Of a stretch of 64,000 nucleotides of DNA, positions 28,367 to 38,393 are shown piece after piece (positions within the stretch are counted from its first letter, which is position 1; every line of letters starts with the position of its first letter). The stretch comes from Thermodesulfobacteriota bacterium (GTDB taxonomy: Bacteria; Desulfobacterota_D; UBA1144; Nemesobacterales; UBA2774), in the NCBI GenBank assembly GCA_965223335.1, contig OZ244991.1:2560001-2624000 (forward strand), written 5' to 3'. The position numbers and the translations under genes were made by a program. A model generated the notes under the pieces. It did no database searches and was not told where the DNA came from. It was given only the letters and a program-made list of their open reading frames with translations.

Positions 28367-28528
28367 CTATCTCTCAAGAGATTTGGCATTGACGTCAACA
28401 TCAACCCTCTTCCATTTCCTGTCCCCGGTGTACCTCAAATAATTCCTTCTCTCCGGGGCCTTTGCATCCCTAACCCTTCTCCACTTTCTGTTACCCAGAT
28501 ATGTGAGAAAAGCTCTTCTTACAGCCAT
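28367..28528 (-). CDS. 53-aa basic microprotein with an internal tandem repeat
   Basis: Hand translation MAVRRAFLTYLGNRKWRRVRDAKAPERRNYLRYTGDRKWKRVDVDVNAKSLER*; AGGGA upstream; below ORF-track cutoff. Confidence 0.6.
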   Translation of the reverse strand: MAVRRAFLTYLGNRKWRRVRDAKAPERRNYLRYTGDRKWKRVDVDVNAKSLER

Positions 28529-28614
28529 GGTTCACATCCCTATACCATCATTATAGACCATTGTGGGATTTCGATCCACTACTTTTTGCCTAGATTGTTA
28601 ACTGTGACTACAAC

Positions 28615-28902
28615 TTATTTATTCGACTCAGATGACTTTGACTCACCCTTTTCATAACCAGAACAGTAACCTGTATCAATATCACATTTTTCACCCTCTA
28701 GGAACTTGCCATTCAAGTTGCCGGCGCATGCATCGGGCGAGGACGGATACAGGCAACCCGGTGCCTCATCTACAAAAAACTGACAGCACCCCGAGGCACT
28801 CTGCCCTTCCTGTGCATCCGTATTGTTAGGTAGCACCAAATAAAAGAAACTAAATACCAAAAACCCTACAAACAATATTTTTACACTGTTATTTGAGTTC
28901 AT
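28615..28902 (-). CDS. Small secreted six-Cys protein
   Basis: AGGAG RBS; signal peptide; GCCQ...GC...C...F..G.KC...TG.C. Confidence 0.75.
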   Translation of the reverse strand: MNSNNSVKILFVGFLVFSFFYLVLPNNTDAQEGQSASGCCQFFVDEAPGCLYPSSPDACAGNLNGKFLEGEKCDIDTGYCSGYEKGESKSSESNK

Positions 28903-29124
28903 TATCGGTCTCCTTATGCGAGGTAATATCCAATGCTATCACAAAGGCAGGTTGCTATCAATCAGACCTAGTTTTCAAATTCAAAAGCACTCTCAACTTA
29001 TCAGATCCAATAGGAACTTTATGATCAGAGCGTTCGAGATATCAACAAAGAAAGCCCCTACAATTGTTATCAGGTAACACAGTCTGCTATAATTTGATCA
29101 TCAATTTGTTTAGGACTACATTGA

Positions 29125-30339
29125 TTGGATATCGTACAGATTGCGACAAATTTACTTAAGGATATTCGCCTAGCCGGTTTCTTAGATATCGTGTTTGTCT
29201 CGGTTTTTATATATATGACCCTCGTACTTTTCAAGCAGTCCAAAGCAAGGTTTATTATTACCGGAGTATTAATTATATGTATTGTATATCTTGTTGCACA
29301 ACAGTTAAATCTAATTCTAACGACTTCAATCCTCCAGGCCTTTTTTGCCGTAATCTTGGTTGCTTTGATTGTCATTTTCCAGGAAGAAATAAGGCGCTTT
29401 TTTGAACATCTGGCCATTTGGGGCTTGCACCCAAAGATAAGAGCAAAGAAAACTTATGACCCCAATGAGAAGGATATTGAAATTCTTCAAGATACTCTCA
29501 CTGATTTAGCAAATGAAAAAATAGGGGCTTTGATCGTCATAAAAGGAAAAACAGATGTTTCAGGTCACCTTGAAGGCGGGCAGAACATAGAAGGAATACT
29601 GAGCGAGCCTCTACTTAAAAGCATATTTGACCCCCATTCCTCTGGCCACGATGGGGCAGTTCTTGTAGAAAAAGGAAGGGTTAAAGTATTCGGGACCCAT
29701 CTTCCACTTTCTAACAACTTTTCCCAGCTCAAGGATAGGGGGACACGCCATTCTGCAGCCCTAGGACTGTCGGAAGTCACAGACGCACTTTGTGTAGTCG
29801 TTTCCGAAGAGAGGGGAACAGTATCGTTCGCAAGAAACGGAGAACTAAAACAGATTGGCTTGGAACAACTCAAACTGAGCCTTGAAAACTATTATAATGA
29901 AATTTATCCTCCCGATAATAAAAAGTACCAACTCAATCTCTTCAGTAATTATAAAGAGAAATTTATTTCTGTATTGATGGCAGTCATACTTTGGTTTGTT
30001 TTTGTACACCAGTCGAAATTGATGTATAGAAGTTTCGAAGTACCTATAGAGCACGTTACATTGCCCTCTGGTTTAGAAGTTCGGGACATTAACCCCGATC
30101 ATCTAAAGGTCACGTTTGCGGGGTCAAGAAAAGATTTCTATTTTGTTAATGGTAATAAGATCAAATTATTATTGAAAATTTCAGACCCGAAGATAGGTAC
30201 GGAAAGGGTTGTTATCTCGGAGTCTAATATAGATTTTCCAAAGAGTGTTTCGCTGGAAAACTTTGAACCCAAAACAGTGACAGTACGAATTGAAAACAAA
30301 GTTTCGACAAGAAAACAAAGTGGTATTTCAGAAAAATAA
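29125..30339 (+). CDS. dacA: Membrane diadenylate cyclase (CdaA/DacA) with extra TM and C-terminal YbbR-like domain
   Basis: Three N-terminal TMs, IFQEEIRR, IGALIV, HDGAV, GTRHSAALG, VVSEERG; further TM plus beta-rich tail. Confidence 0.88.
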   Translation: MDIVQIATNLLKDIRLAGFLDIVFVSVFIYMTLVLFKQSKARFIITGVLIICIVYLVAQQLNLILTTSILQAFFAVILVALIVIFQEEIRRFFEHLAIWGLHPKIRAKKTYDPNEKDIEILQDTLTDLANEKIGALIVIKGKTDVSGHLEGGQNIEGILSEPLLKSIFDPHSSGHDGAVLVEKGRVKVFGTHLPLSNNFSQLKDRGTRHSAALGLSEVTDALCVVVSEERGTVSFARNGELKQIGLEQLKLSLENYYNEIYPPDNKKYQLNLFSNYKEKFISVLMAVILWFVFVHQSKLMYRSFEVPIEHVTLPSGLEVRDINPDHLKVTFAGSRKDFYFVNGNKIKLLLKISDPKIGTERVVISESNIDFPKSVSLENFEPKTVTVRIENKVSTRKQSGISEK

Positions 30340-30363
30340 TATCACATTTAAGGGGTAACTATA

Positions 30364-31677
30364 ATGGAAACCAGTACGCCGTTATTGCCTTATGTGCAAA
30401 AGTTTTTTGAATACGATCCAATCACAGCTACTCATGCTCTAGAAACAATGGACGAACACGAAGCTGTCAAAATACTTTCGGTCCTTCCAACCTCAGTATC
30501 GATAAGTATATTCCACAGACTTAAAGTGGAACAGGCGGCTTTGTTGCTGGAAAAGGTTCCACCCGACACATTGAAGGAGATTGTTGGTCAGATGGAGCCT
30601 GAGCAGGGAGCTGCGATTTTTATACACATAGAAGATGAAATAAGAACAAAGTTGTTAGCGTATTTGTCCGATAAAGCTAAGAAAGAGATACAGGAGATAT
30701 TGACATATCCCCGGGGAAGTGTGGGGAGCATAATGACAACCAAATATGTGGCATTCCATAGCAACCTCAAAGTCCGTGATGCGGTTAATAAAATTCGTAA
30801 ACATGCACATTCTGAAGCCCCTCCCGCAAGTTATGTCTATATAATTGACGACGATTACCGCCTAGTGGGTGTTTTGAACATGTATGATCTTATGATAGCC
30901 GATGAGGATCAAACACTGGAAGCAATAATGATAAGAGATGCATTTAGTTTTAATGCGTTTAAAGATAGAGTAGATGCTGCTAATGAACTTGCAGAGCGAA
31001 AATATTTTGCCGCTCCGGTTGTAGATCACGAGAATCACCTTCTGGGAATAGTTAAAGCGGATCAACTTATTAGCAACGCACAGGAAGAAGCGGTGGCAGA
31101 TCTTCAGAAAATATTTGGTGTTAGCCCTGACGAGCACGCATTTTCCTCCACAATGTTTTCGCTCAAAAAAAGATTGCCCTGGTTACACATCAACCTGGTG
31201 ACGGCATTCATGGCCGGATCAGTTATAGCTTTGTTTGAGGGATTGATTGCAAAGATAACTGTACTGGCAATATTTCTACCTATTATAGCAGGACAAGGTG
31301 GCAACGCTGGCTCACAGTCGTTAGCTGTTGTGATGAGAGGACTTGTAATGCGTGAAATATCGCCTAGAGAAACACGAAAATTGATTTTCAAAGAAGGAAA
31401 GCTCGGCCTTATTAACGGTATTATAATAGGGCTAGTGACCGCATTGATAGCTTATCTATGGAAAGGAAACCCGTTTTTGGGCGTCGTAATAGGGCTTGCT
31501 ATGATCGTAAATCTTCTAGCAGCGGGGTTATCGGGGGCTTTTATTCCACTGGCACTGAAGTCGTTCGGATTGGACCCTGCTCAGTCCTCTGCAATTGTTC
31601 TTACTACAGTGACCGATATCATCGGATTTTTTGCATTTCTCGGATTTGCAATGATGTTCCAGAGTTATTTAGTTTAG
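30364..31677 (+). CDS. mgtE: Magnesium transporter MgtE
   Basis: MgtE N-domain, CBS pair, RLPWL, GGNAGSQ, DPA.SS..LTTVTD. Confidence 0.93.
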   Translation: METSTPLLPYVQKFFEYDPITATHALETMDEHEAVKILSVLPTSVSISIFHRLKVEQAALLLEKVPPDTLKEIVGQMEPEQGAAIFIHIEDEIRTKLLAYLSDKAKKEIQEILTYPRGSVGSIMTTKYVAFHSNLKVRDAVNKIRKHAHSEAPPASYVYIIDDDYRLVGVLNMYDLMIADEDQTLEAIMIRDAFSFNAFKDRVDAANELAERKYFAAPVVDHENHLLGIVKADQLISNAQEEAVADLQKIFGVSPDEHAFSSTMFSLKKRLPWLHINLVTAFMAGSVIALFEGLIAKITVLAIFLPIIAGQGGNAGSQSLAVVMRGLVMREISPRETRKLIFKEGKLGLINGIIIGLVTALIAYLWKGNPFLGVVIGLAMIVNLLAAGLSGAFIPLALKSFGLDPAQSSAIVLTTVTDIIGFFAFLGFAMMFQSYLV

Positions 31678-31719
31678 TGAAAGAGGATTTGTTATCTTAG
31701 AACAAACAGCATTGTGTCC

Positions 31720-32742
31720 TTAGGTTTTTTTAACGTTCCTTTTAGCCAATTCCTGCATGTCTTCATGAATATCGAGCTCGTCTACAATCTCTTCGCCGAT
31801 TAATGACTCGATAATATCCTCTAAAGTCACGACGCCTGTATATTCATCATTGGAGTTTCTCACACAAAATAAATGTCGTCTTGTAACTATAAATCTATGA
31901 AGAAGCTCGTTTAAACGCATACTCTCAGAAACATTATCCGGTGCGATCATAATGTTTCTTAATGTTTTATCTGTGTCACCTTTTAGAAGCGCCATGGAAA
32001 CATCGCTCCTTAATGCAACGCCTATAATGCTGTCCGGTACCCCATCGGTATGAACCGGGATCCTGCTATAACGCCAGTAATCCGAATCGAGGTCTATATC
32101 GGATAGGATGGTTGTATCGGGCATCTCTAGGACAACTGATTTTGGAGTCATTATTTCTTTAACCGTCATCTCGTCCAGCCTAAGTGCATTGGAAACAATC
32201 TCGGCCTCTTCGGGTAGTATGCTGCCACCCTTATGTGTGAGTTCGGTCAGGCTCTTTAGGTCATCCTCGGTCGGGTAATTCAAGTGCGAGTTCTTTCCCC
32301 ATAACCTAGTTATAAAAACACTTGTTTTGACAAACGGCCACAGTATTTTGATTAGAAATTCTATTAATATTGATAGCCTGGGAGCTAGGGAATTTGCGTA
32401 TGTGACACCAAGAGATTTAGGAATAATCTCACTGAATATCAATACACCTGCTGTGAACAACCCTGAAAATACACCAAGCCATGTGTCTCCGTAATTCCTC
32501 GCGACCAGCGAACCTGCAATAGACGCTCCAATTACGTTGACTGCCGTGTTAAGTGTTAGTATAGCCGCTATCGGCTCATCAATTTTATCTCTCAGTCGTG
32601 CAAGCCTTATACCTCCCGGATGGCCCTCACGCCTCAGTGACTCGATCCTGCTACGCGGTATTGAGTAGATAGCAGCTTCCATGAGTGAGCAAAGGAATGA
32701 GCCCAATAGGCTAATCACGCTTATAACGAGTATTGCATACAT
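31720..32742 (-). CDS. CNNM/HlyC-CorC family (DUF21 + CBS) metal transporter
   Basis: SFLCSLMEAA, ILTLNT, SEIIPK, YSRIPV, GVVTLEDIIESLIGEEIVDE. Confidence 0.92.
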   Translation of the reverse strand: MYAILVISVISLLGSFLCSLMEAAIYSIPRSRIESLRREGHPGGIRLARLRDKIDEPIAAILTLNTAVNVIGASIAGSLVARNYGDTWLGVFSGLFTAGVLIFSEIIPKSLGVTYANSLAPRLSILIEFLIKILWPFVKTSVFITRLWGKNSHLNYPTEDDLKSLTELTHKGGSILPEEAEIVSNALRLDEMTVKEIMTPKSVVLEMPDTTILSDIDLDSDYWRYSRIPVHTDGVPDSIIGVALRSDVSMALLKGDTDKTLRNIMIAPDNVSESMRLNELLHRFIVTRRHLFCVRNSNDEYTGVVTLEDIIESLIGEEIVDELDIHEDMQELAKRNVKKT

Positions 32743-32773
32743 GTATAATACGTTCTCCTCATAGGCGCATTGG

Positions 32774-33736
32774 CTAAGACAGATTATCTACTTGATCTGC
32801 AATACCTATGTTAATTAAGGCGTCACCTCTATTTACAACAGGTAGACTCCTTATACCGATAATATAACCGTCAGTACCTGATTTTATCTTGTATTCAGCC
32901 TCACCGAACGGATCGGTAATGCTTGCAATGACCTGTTTTCTATGAACTTTTTGTCCATAATCCACAAATGCTCTATAAATACCCGAGCTCCTGGCACGTA
33001 TCCACGAAGTGCGGTCTATATGTATCGGTGCCTTACATTTCGGGGGTCGGATGCTGGTCATCTTCAATTTTTTCATTAACCTAAGAACACCGTTTATTCC
33101 TTCGCTGATGGCAAGCTCATCGAATCGAAGCGATTCCCCTGCTTCATAAACCAGTATGGTTTTCCCAATGTTATGTGCTGCTTTTCTGAATGAATCATCT
33201 CTAAATTTAGAGTTTATAATGAAAGGGGCTGCGAAGGCTCTTGCAAGTTTCAAATTTTCCGGAACATCAAAGTTGCACCTCACTTGAGGATAATTTCTAT
33301 TGGCCCCTCCGGTATGCAGGTCAATTCCGTAATCGATTATAGGCAGAATTTCATTCATAAGTGTGTGTGCCACTCTTGATGCTAGTGAGCCTGTTTTATT
33401 GCCTGGAAAACTCCTGTTTAGGTCTCTGCCGTCCGGTAAGTAGCGAGAGTTATTTAAAAACCCGTAAACGTTCACAATGGGCACGGCTACAACCATACCA
33501 CAGTCGGGTATCACCGATTTATTAACTATTAGTCGTCTTATTGTCTCAACGCCGTTTAGCTCATCACCATGAATCCCAGCTGTTAAAAGAACCTTAGGTC
33601 CTTCTTCCCCTCCCCTAAAGATATAAACTGGCAGATCAATTATTGTGTGTGTGGGTAATTTCGCAACCTGGAGGTTTATTTGAATGTTTTGGCCAGGAGG
33701 TATCTCCTTACCGTTTATGAATATACTCTCTGACAT
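32774..33736 (-). CDS. Succinylglutamate desuccinylase/aspartoacylase (M14) family peptidase
   Basis: AGIHGDELNG, RDLNRSFPG, IDLHTG, YEAGE. Confidence 0.92.
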   Translation of the reverse strand: MSESIFINGKEIPPGQNIQINLQVAKLPTHTIIDLPVYIFRGGEEGPKVLLTAGIHGDELNGVETIRRLIVNKSVIPDCGMVVAVPIVNVYGFLNNSRYLPDGRDLNRSFPGNKTGSLASRVAHTLMNEILPIIDYGIDLHTGGANRNYPQVRCNFDVPENLKLARAFAAPFIINSKFRDDSFRKAAHNIGKTILVYEAGESLRFDELAISEGINGVLRLMKKLKMTSIRPPKCKAPIHIDRTSWIRARSSGIYRAFVDYGQKVHRKQVIASITDPFGEAEYKIKSGTDGYIIGIRSLPVVNRGDALINIGIADQVDNLS

Positions 33737-34645
33737 TTATGATTTTACTCTGTCTTTTATTAGTCTTTTACGATGTGCATTTTCTTCTATAAATTCTATG
33801 ATCTTTGATGCCACATCAATGCCAGTCGCTTTTTCAATACCCTCAAGACCAGGAGACGAGTTGACTTCCATAATCTTGGGACCACTGGTGGATTGGAGCA
33901 TATCTACACCCGCAACATTAAGTCCAAGGAGCTTTGCAGCCTTTATAGCAGTAGCACGTTCACTCCTGCTGAGATGTATTTCATTAGCACTCCCGCCCCT
34001 GTGTATATTTGAGCGGAATTCTCCCTCTGCTCCCTGCCGCTTCATGGCTCCTATGACTTTACCTCCTACTACAAAAGCTCTTAAATCGGCACCTTTAGCT
34101 TCCTTAATAAACTCTTGTATTAGCATATTAGCTTTGATACCATAGAAGGCTTCCATGACTGATTTTGCAGCTTTTTTCGTTTCTGCTAGCACTACTCCGA
34201 TACCTTGTGTGCCCTGAAGCAACTTAATCACCAGTGGAGCCCCTCCTACTTCCTCAATCAAATGGTTCACATCATCCGGGTCAGAAGCAAACGCTGTGAC
34301 TGGCATTCCCAACCCGGCACGTGACAAGATTTGCATGCTGCGCAGCTTATCTCTTGATCTCACTATCGCCTGCGATTCATTCACTGGGAATACATGCATC
34401 ATTTCAAACTGTCTAACTACAGCAGTACCATAAAAAGTTCTTGAAGCTCCGATCCTGGGAATAACTGCATCGATACCAGTGAGTATCTCCCCACCCAAAT
34501 ATATCACCGGTTTCTTTTTTTCTATGACCATATAACATTTGAGAAAATCAATCACTTGCACATCGTGGCCTCTCTGCTGAGCTGCCTCTACGAGTCTTCT
34601 AGTTGAATACAGATTCTCATTTCTCGATAGAACTGCTATATTCAT
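33737..34645 (-). CDS. rimK: RimK-family ATP-grasp alpha-L-glutamate ligase
   Basis: [60 protein letters not shown]. Confidence 0.95.
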   Translation of the reverse strand: MNIAVLSRNENLYSTRRLVEAAQQRGHDVQVIDFLKCYMVIEKKKPVIYLGGEILTGIDAVIPRIGASRTFYGTAVVRQFEMMHVFPVNESQAIVRSRDKLRSMQILSRAGLGMPVTAFASDPDDVNHLIEEVGGAPLVIKLLQGTQGIGVVLAETKKAAKSVMEAFYGIKANMLIQEFIKEAKGADLRAFVVGGKVIGAMKRQGAEGEFRSNIHRGGSANEIHLSRSERATAIKAAKLLGLNVAGVDMLQSTSGPKIMEVNSSPGLEGIEKATGIDVASKIIEFIEENAHRKRLIKDRVKS

Positions 34646-35106
34646 TTTTTTCTCCGCTTAATTTTTTTTCTGTAGGACAGATTAGTCTTGGTTACATCCA
34701 CGACAAACCGTTTTTTCAGAAGTTTTCTACCAAGAAGAACCGGACAATCCATATTGGAACGGTCACTAAGTGAAAGCTCAATATCGAATCTTTCCCCGAA
34801 AAGTTTTATAGTAGTTTTAATAATGTGTCGTTCCTCGGATTTGCCGAATGAATTTTTAATTCTCCTCTTAGCGTGAAGTGGAACTCTGAATCTCCTTTCG
34901 TTGTATGATGAGTGCGAGGGATCTAAAAGGTTAAAGGTGACGAACTTATCGCCGTTGTGATCTTTTACCTTAACGTTGTGACAGTGTATCGCAGAGGTAT
35001 AAGCCCCTGTATCGATTTTGGCATCAACATCATAGAGCCTCATCCGGGGAAAATCTACTTTATCTTTTCGGCCAATAATTTTTTTATTTGTAGTTTGCAC
35101 TTTCAT
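34642..35106 (-). CDS. RimK-associated retropepsin-like protease (RimB-like)
   Basis: [30 protein letters not shown] overlap with rimK. Confidence 0.9.
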   Translation of the reverse strand: MKVQTTNKKIIGRKDKVDFPRMRLYDVDAKIDTGAYTSAIHCHNVKVKDHNGDKFVTFNLLDPSHSSYNERRFRVPLHAKRRIKNSFGKSEERHIIKTTIKLFGERFDIELSLSDRSNMDCPVLLGRKLLKKRFVVDVTKTNLSYRKKIKRRKK

Positions 35107-35248
35107 TCTAATCCCACTGATATTATTACACAAATTAAACACCATGTATGCATGTGAAGATTAAATTATCAACATTTGATGATTTAGATTGCTTTATTAT
35201 AAAAGATGTTTTGTATGATGGGCATTAGGGAATTTGTAGGCACTTTAA

Positions 35249-35479
35249 TTAAAACAATTTGATACCGAGTTAAGCGCGATCGAAGATAAACTTAGGAATA
35301 TCGAACAAGTAGACAAAGATTTTTATATTACTGCAGAATATATACTCGATCTAGCAAGACAAAGTAGCGAGTTATTTAAACGTTCAGAATACGAAGAGAG
35401 AAGAATTCATATAAATTCTGCATTTCTGAACGTCACTTGGGACGGCGTAGGTCTTAAAAATGATTATAAAGTTGAATAA
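35249..35479 (+). pseudogene. C-terminal remnant of a large serine recombinase
   Basis: Start-less open frame LKQFDTELSAIEDKLRNIEQVDKDFYITAEYILDLARQSSELFKRSEYEERRIHINSAFLNVTWDGVGL... resembling the coiled-coil tail of tRNA-associated serine integrases; ends 6 nt before att-like repeat. Confidence 0.6.
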
Positions 35480-35485
35480 TAGTTT

Positions 35486-35509
35486 AATATGGGGTGGGTG
35501 ACCGGACTT
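35486..35509. repeat. att-like 24-bp direct repeat of the tRNA-His 3' end (partner at 44137-44160)
   Basis: AATATGGGGTGGGTGACCGGACTT identical at both positions. Confidence 0.92.
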
Positions 35510-35628
35510 TAGACCGTCCAAGACGTTAAATCCTCGAATTAATTTCTAGACTGAAATCAGACTATCCATTTGAAATCTTAGGATATCAACTTTTAGGGAG
35601 CAGTTAACGGCTTTTACCCTTAAGGTTT

Positions 35629-35943
35629 TTATTTACCAGTTTTAGTATGATCAAATAGAGTCACAACATCCCTAGCCACTGTCCCGTCCTCATATTCATA
35701 CACAATATGTAGTAGTATTTGTTTGAGTTCAGTACCCGAATCATCCACCTCAATTACTGCAGGGTCCGAAGTGTTTTCAATCAAAACTTTTATTTCCGGT
35801 ATCTCCACTTGTACAGATTTCATAATAGGATCCTTTTTAGATGACATAAATATCCATGCCATCGTATTTTTTGGATTATTTACAATACGTTGACTAAAAA
35901 ACTGCCTTTTTATCTCTTTCGTTATTTTCTTTTTATCACTCAT
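35629..35943 (-). CDS. Hypothetical protein
   Basis: 104-aa ORF downstream of the lipoprotein gene; no family recognised. Confidence 0.55.
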   Translation of the reverse strand: MSDKKKITKEIKRQFFSQRIVNNPKNTMAWIFMSSKKDPIMKSVQVEIPEIKVLIENTSDPAVIEVDDSGTELKQILLHIVYEYEDGTVARDVVTLFDHTKTGK

Positions 35944-36023
35944 AGTTACAAAGGGAAGGCACTATCCTATGGATAATGCCTTCATGTCAGATAAGGATAG
36001 AGAGCTACCAAGCCATACCTGAA

Positions 36024-36596
36024 TTAATTTAGATCCACAGAACCAGTTACTATCACCGATTGTCCGCCAAACGAGCCATCCATTGTAAACACTGTACCAG
36101 TACCTGACGACGTAAATTGCCCACTGGCATTCTGAAATTGACCTGTACCGCCTATGAATACACCCGAACCCGATGTGCCCTGAGACGGATCTGCAAGGGA
36201 CGTGCATAGATCAAGAGAATCTATATTTGCAAAGAGCTGATCGTTAGTTGCTATCTGCGTTACCACTGCACTACCTTGGGTAAGAGAGAAGATTATTCCT
36301 TCACTACCCAACGGTGTTGTACATGGTACATTTGTAGCCTGGTATTCAAGGCTTAGAGCAACCAGTGTAGGTCCCAGCTCATTACTAATTCCATTCATAA
36401 TTGCTATAGTTGTTAAGCTACTAAAATCTTCTGCAAGTACGCTCTCATTATGCCCGGCCATATCAAGCGTAAAGTTCACAGTATTCGACTGAGCCTGACT
36501 ATTACTGCTATTACATCCTTGCAACAAACCCACCGAGAATATAAGCAAACAGCTCAAAGTCACACACATAAGACTTTTAATTTTAATGCCTCTCAT
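36024..36596 (-). CDS. Lipoprotein, beta-rich, unknown function
   Basis: Start moved to MRGIKIK behind GGAGG; lipobox LQGC; FIGGTGQFQNASG motif. Confidence 0.8.
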   Translation of the reverse strand: MRGIKIKSLMCVTLSCLLIFSVGLLQGCNSSNSQAQSNTVNFTLDMAGHNESVLAEDFSSLTTIAIMNGISNELGPTLVALSLEYQATNVPCTTPLGSEGIIFSLTQGSAVVTQIATNDQLFANIDSLDLCTSLADPSQGTSGSGVFIGGTGQFQNASGQFTSSGTGTVFTMDGSFGGQSVIVTGSVDLN

Positions 36597-36635
36597 GTCA
36601 CTACCTCCTCTACAAACAGTTTTGAGAACACTTAG

Positions 36636-36651
36636 TGCAAGCGAGATGCCA
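36636..36651 (-). promoter_or_regulatory. Sigma54 (-24/-12) promoter of the lipoprotein gene
   Basis: Minus strand TGGCATCTCGCTTGCA = GG-N10-GC, 40 nt upstream of ATG 36596, divergent from a sigma54 activator gene. Confidence 0.85.
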
Positions 36652-36722
36652 TGTTGAGATTGTGGGAGATAAATACTTTGACCAACCAACAATAATTAAG
36701 CGATACGAGAGAGTTACATCAC

Positions 36723-36833
36723 CCATGTTAATATAGTCAGATTTGGATATCAAATAATTCTTTGAGAAATTCGACAACTATGTTGCCATAATGTCAATCT
36801 TGTTCACAACATAATAGATCCATGTTAATATAG
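36723..36833. repeat. 14-bp direct repeat and nested inverted repeat, candidate enhancer (UAS)
   Basis: CCATGTTAATATAG at 36723 and 36820; TATGTTG 36779 / CAACATA 36807. Confidence 0.5.
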
Positions 36834-36845
36834 ATAAATAAATTC

Positions 36846-38393
36846 GTGAAAACTATGAGCACACAAGATCACAAAAGAAAGGATCTGCCTAAAAAAAAGT
36901 TGTTCAGCATCCTAGAGATCTGCAAGGAGATCAATGCCGAACGTGACCTTACTGCATTTTTTAATCTTGTAGTGCAAAAGGCAGCAGAACTGCTTGAGGC
37001 AGCACGTGCCAGTGTTTTTATATTAGACAGAGAGAAATTCGAGCTATGGTCTATTGTAACCCTCGACGGTGCTGAAATAAGGTTTGATGCTCGTCTTGGG
37101 ATTGCAGGCGCTTCCATTACTACCGGTGAAATCATCAACATTAAGGACGCCTATGAGGATCCTCGTTTCTATAAAAAAATCGACGGCAGAAACAACTTCA
37201 AAACCAAATCAGTTCTAGTGGTGCCATTAATAAGTGCCGACAACCAGATTATAGGCACATTCCAAGTCCTTAACAAAAAGAGCGGAGCATTCACCAAACA
37301 AGACGAAATAATACTTCAACATCTCGCCCAACAAGTTCAAGTTGCACTCGAAACAACTCAAATGATTGAGGAGCTGACGAAAAGAGGGGCAGAAATCGCA
37401 AATGAAAATAAGCAGTTGCGTAAAGAAATAAGCAGCCAGTCCCATTTACAACGGATAGTCGGCAACTCACCACCTATCCAAAGCATTGTAAGGTTAATCG
37501 AACAAATATCCGATACTTCAATCAACGTCCTAATTACAGGTGAAACAGGCACGGGGAAAGAACTTGCTGCCAAAGCTATCCATTATGGCAGCTCAAGATT
37601 CAGCGGCCCATTTATCGCTCTAAACTGTGCAGCTTTACCAGAAAACCTAATTGAAAGTGAGCTCTTTGGCATTGAAAAGGGTGTAGCAACAGGTGTTGAT
37701 TCTCGAATTGGAAAATTTGAGCAAGCCGACAGCGGTACAATATTTTTAGATGAGATAGGCGATTTGAGTCTGACCTCGCAGGCCAAGATACTTCGCGTGT
37801 TACAAGAAGGCGAGCTCGAAAGAATCGGTAAAAAGAATAAGATTAACATTGATGTAAGAGTCTTATCGGCAACTAATAAAAACTTAGAAGAAGAAATTAA
37901 ACTAGGCAATTTCAGGGAGGACCTATTTTACAGACTCAAAGTACTTCATATACAAATGCCCCCGCTTCGAGAGATCCCCGCTGATATAGAGCTTCTGGCT
38001 AATCATTTCGTCACTAAATTCTGCAAAGAGATGTCAAAGGATGAGAAAAAAATTTCTAAAGAAACGTTATTTTATCTTACCAACTATACGTGGCCGGGGA
38101 ACGTGCGCGAATTAGAAAATGAGATAAAGCGCACAGTGGCGATAGTACCAAGAAAAACTATTTTGCCCGAAGACATATCTAAACATATTCTAGATTCCAA
38201 AGTCACATCAAAAACTAAAGATTACTCAACCAAGACCACCCTAAAAGATGCTGTAGAAGATCTCGAGAAGGATATGATCGTCCAGGCTCTCAACACCTGT
38301 AGAAACAACAAAGCTGAGGCAGCCAGAACTCTAGGATTAAGCCGCTGGGGTTTAACAAAAAAAATAACGCGATATGGTTTAACCGACCTGTAA
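36846..38393 (+). CDS. Sigma54-dependent activator, GAF-AAA+-Fis HTH
   Basis: N-terminal GAF; GETGTGKE; ESELFG; FLDEIGD; FREDLFYRL; WPGNVRELEN; loop 1 reads GVATGV. Confidence 0.93.
   Translation: MKTMSTQDHKRKDLPKKKLFSILEICKEINAERDLTAFFNLVVQKAAELLEAARASVFILDREKFELWSIVTLDGAEIRFDARLGIAGASITTGEIINIKDAYEDPRFYKKIDGRNNFKTKSVLVVPLISADNQIIGTFQVLNKKSGAFTKQDEIILQHLAQQVQVALETTQMIEELTKRGAEIANENKQLRKEISSQSHLQRIVGNSPPIQSIVRLIEQISDTSINVLITGETGTGKELAAKAIHYGSSRFSGPFIALNCAALPENLIESELFGIEKGVATGVDSRIGKFEQADSGTIFLDEIGDLSLTSQAKILRVLQEGELERIGKKNKINIDVRVLSATNKNLEEEIKLGNFREDLFYRLKVLHIQMPPLREIPADIELLANHFVTKFCKEMSKDEKKISKETLFYLTNYTWPGNVRELENEIKRTVAIVPRKTILPEDISKHILDSKVTSKTKDYSTKTTLKDAVEDLEKDMIVQALNTCRNNKAEAARTLGLSRWGLTKKITRYGLTDL

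Noticed and set aside
35486..35520. Second tRNA-His gene
   Set aside because: Only the 3' 20 nt of the tRNA match; no anticodon or D arm, so treated as an att repeat
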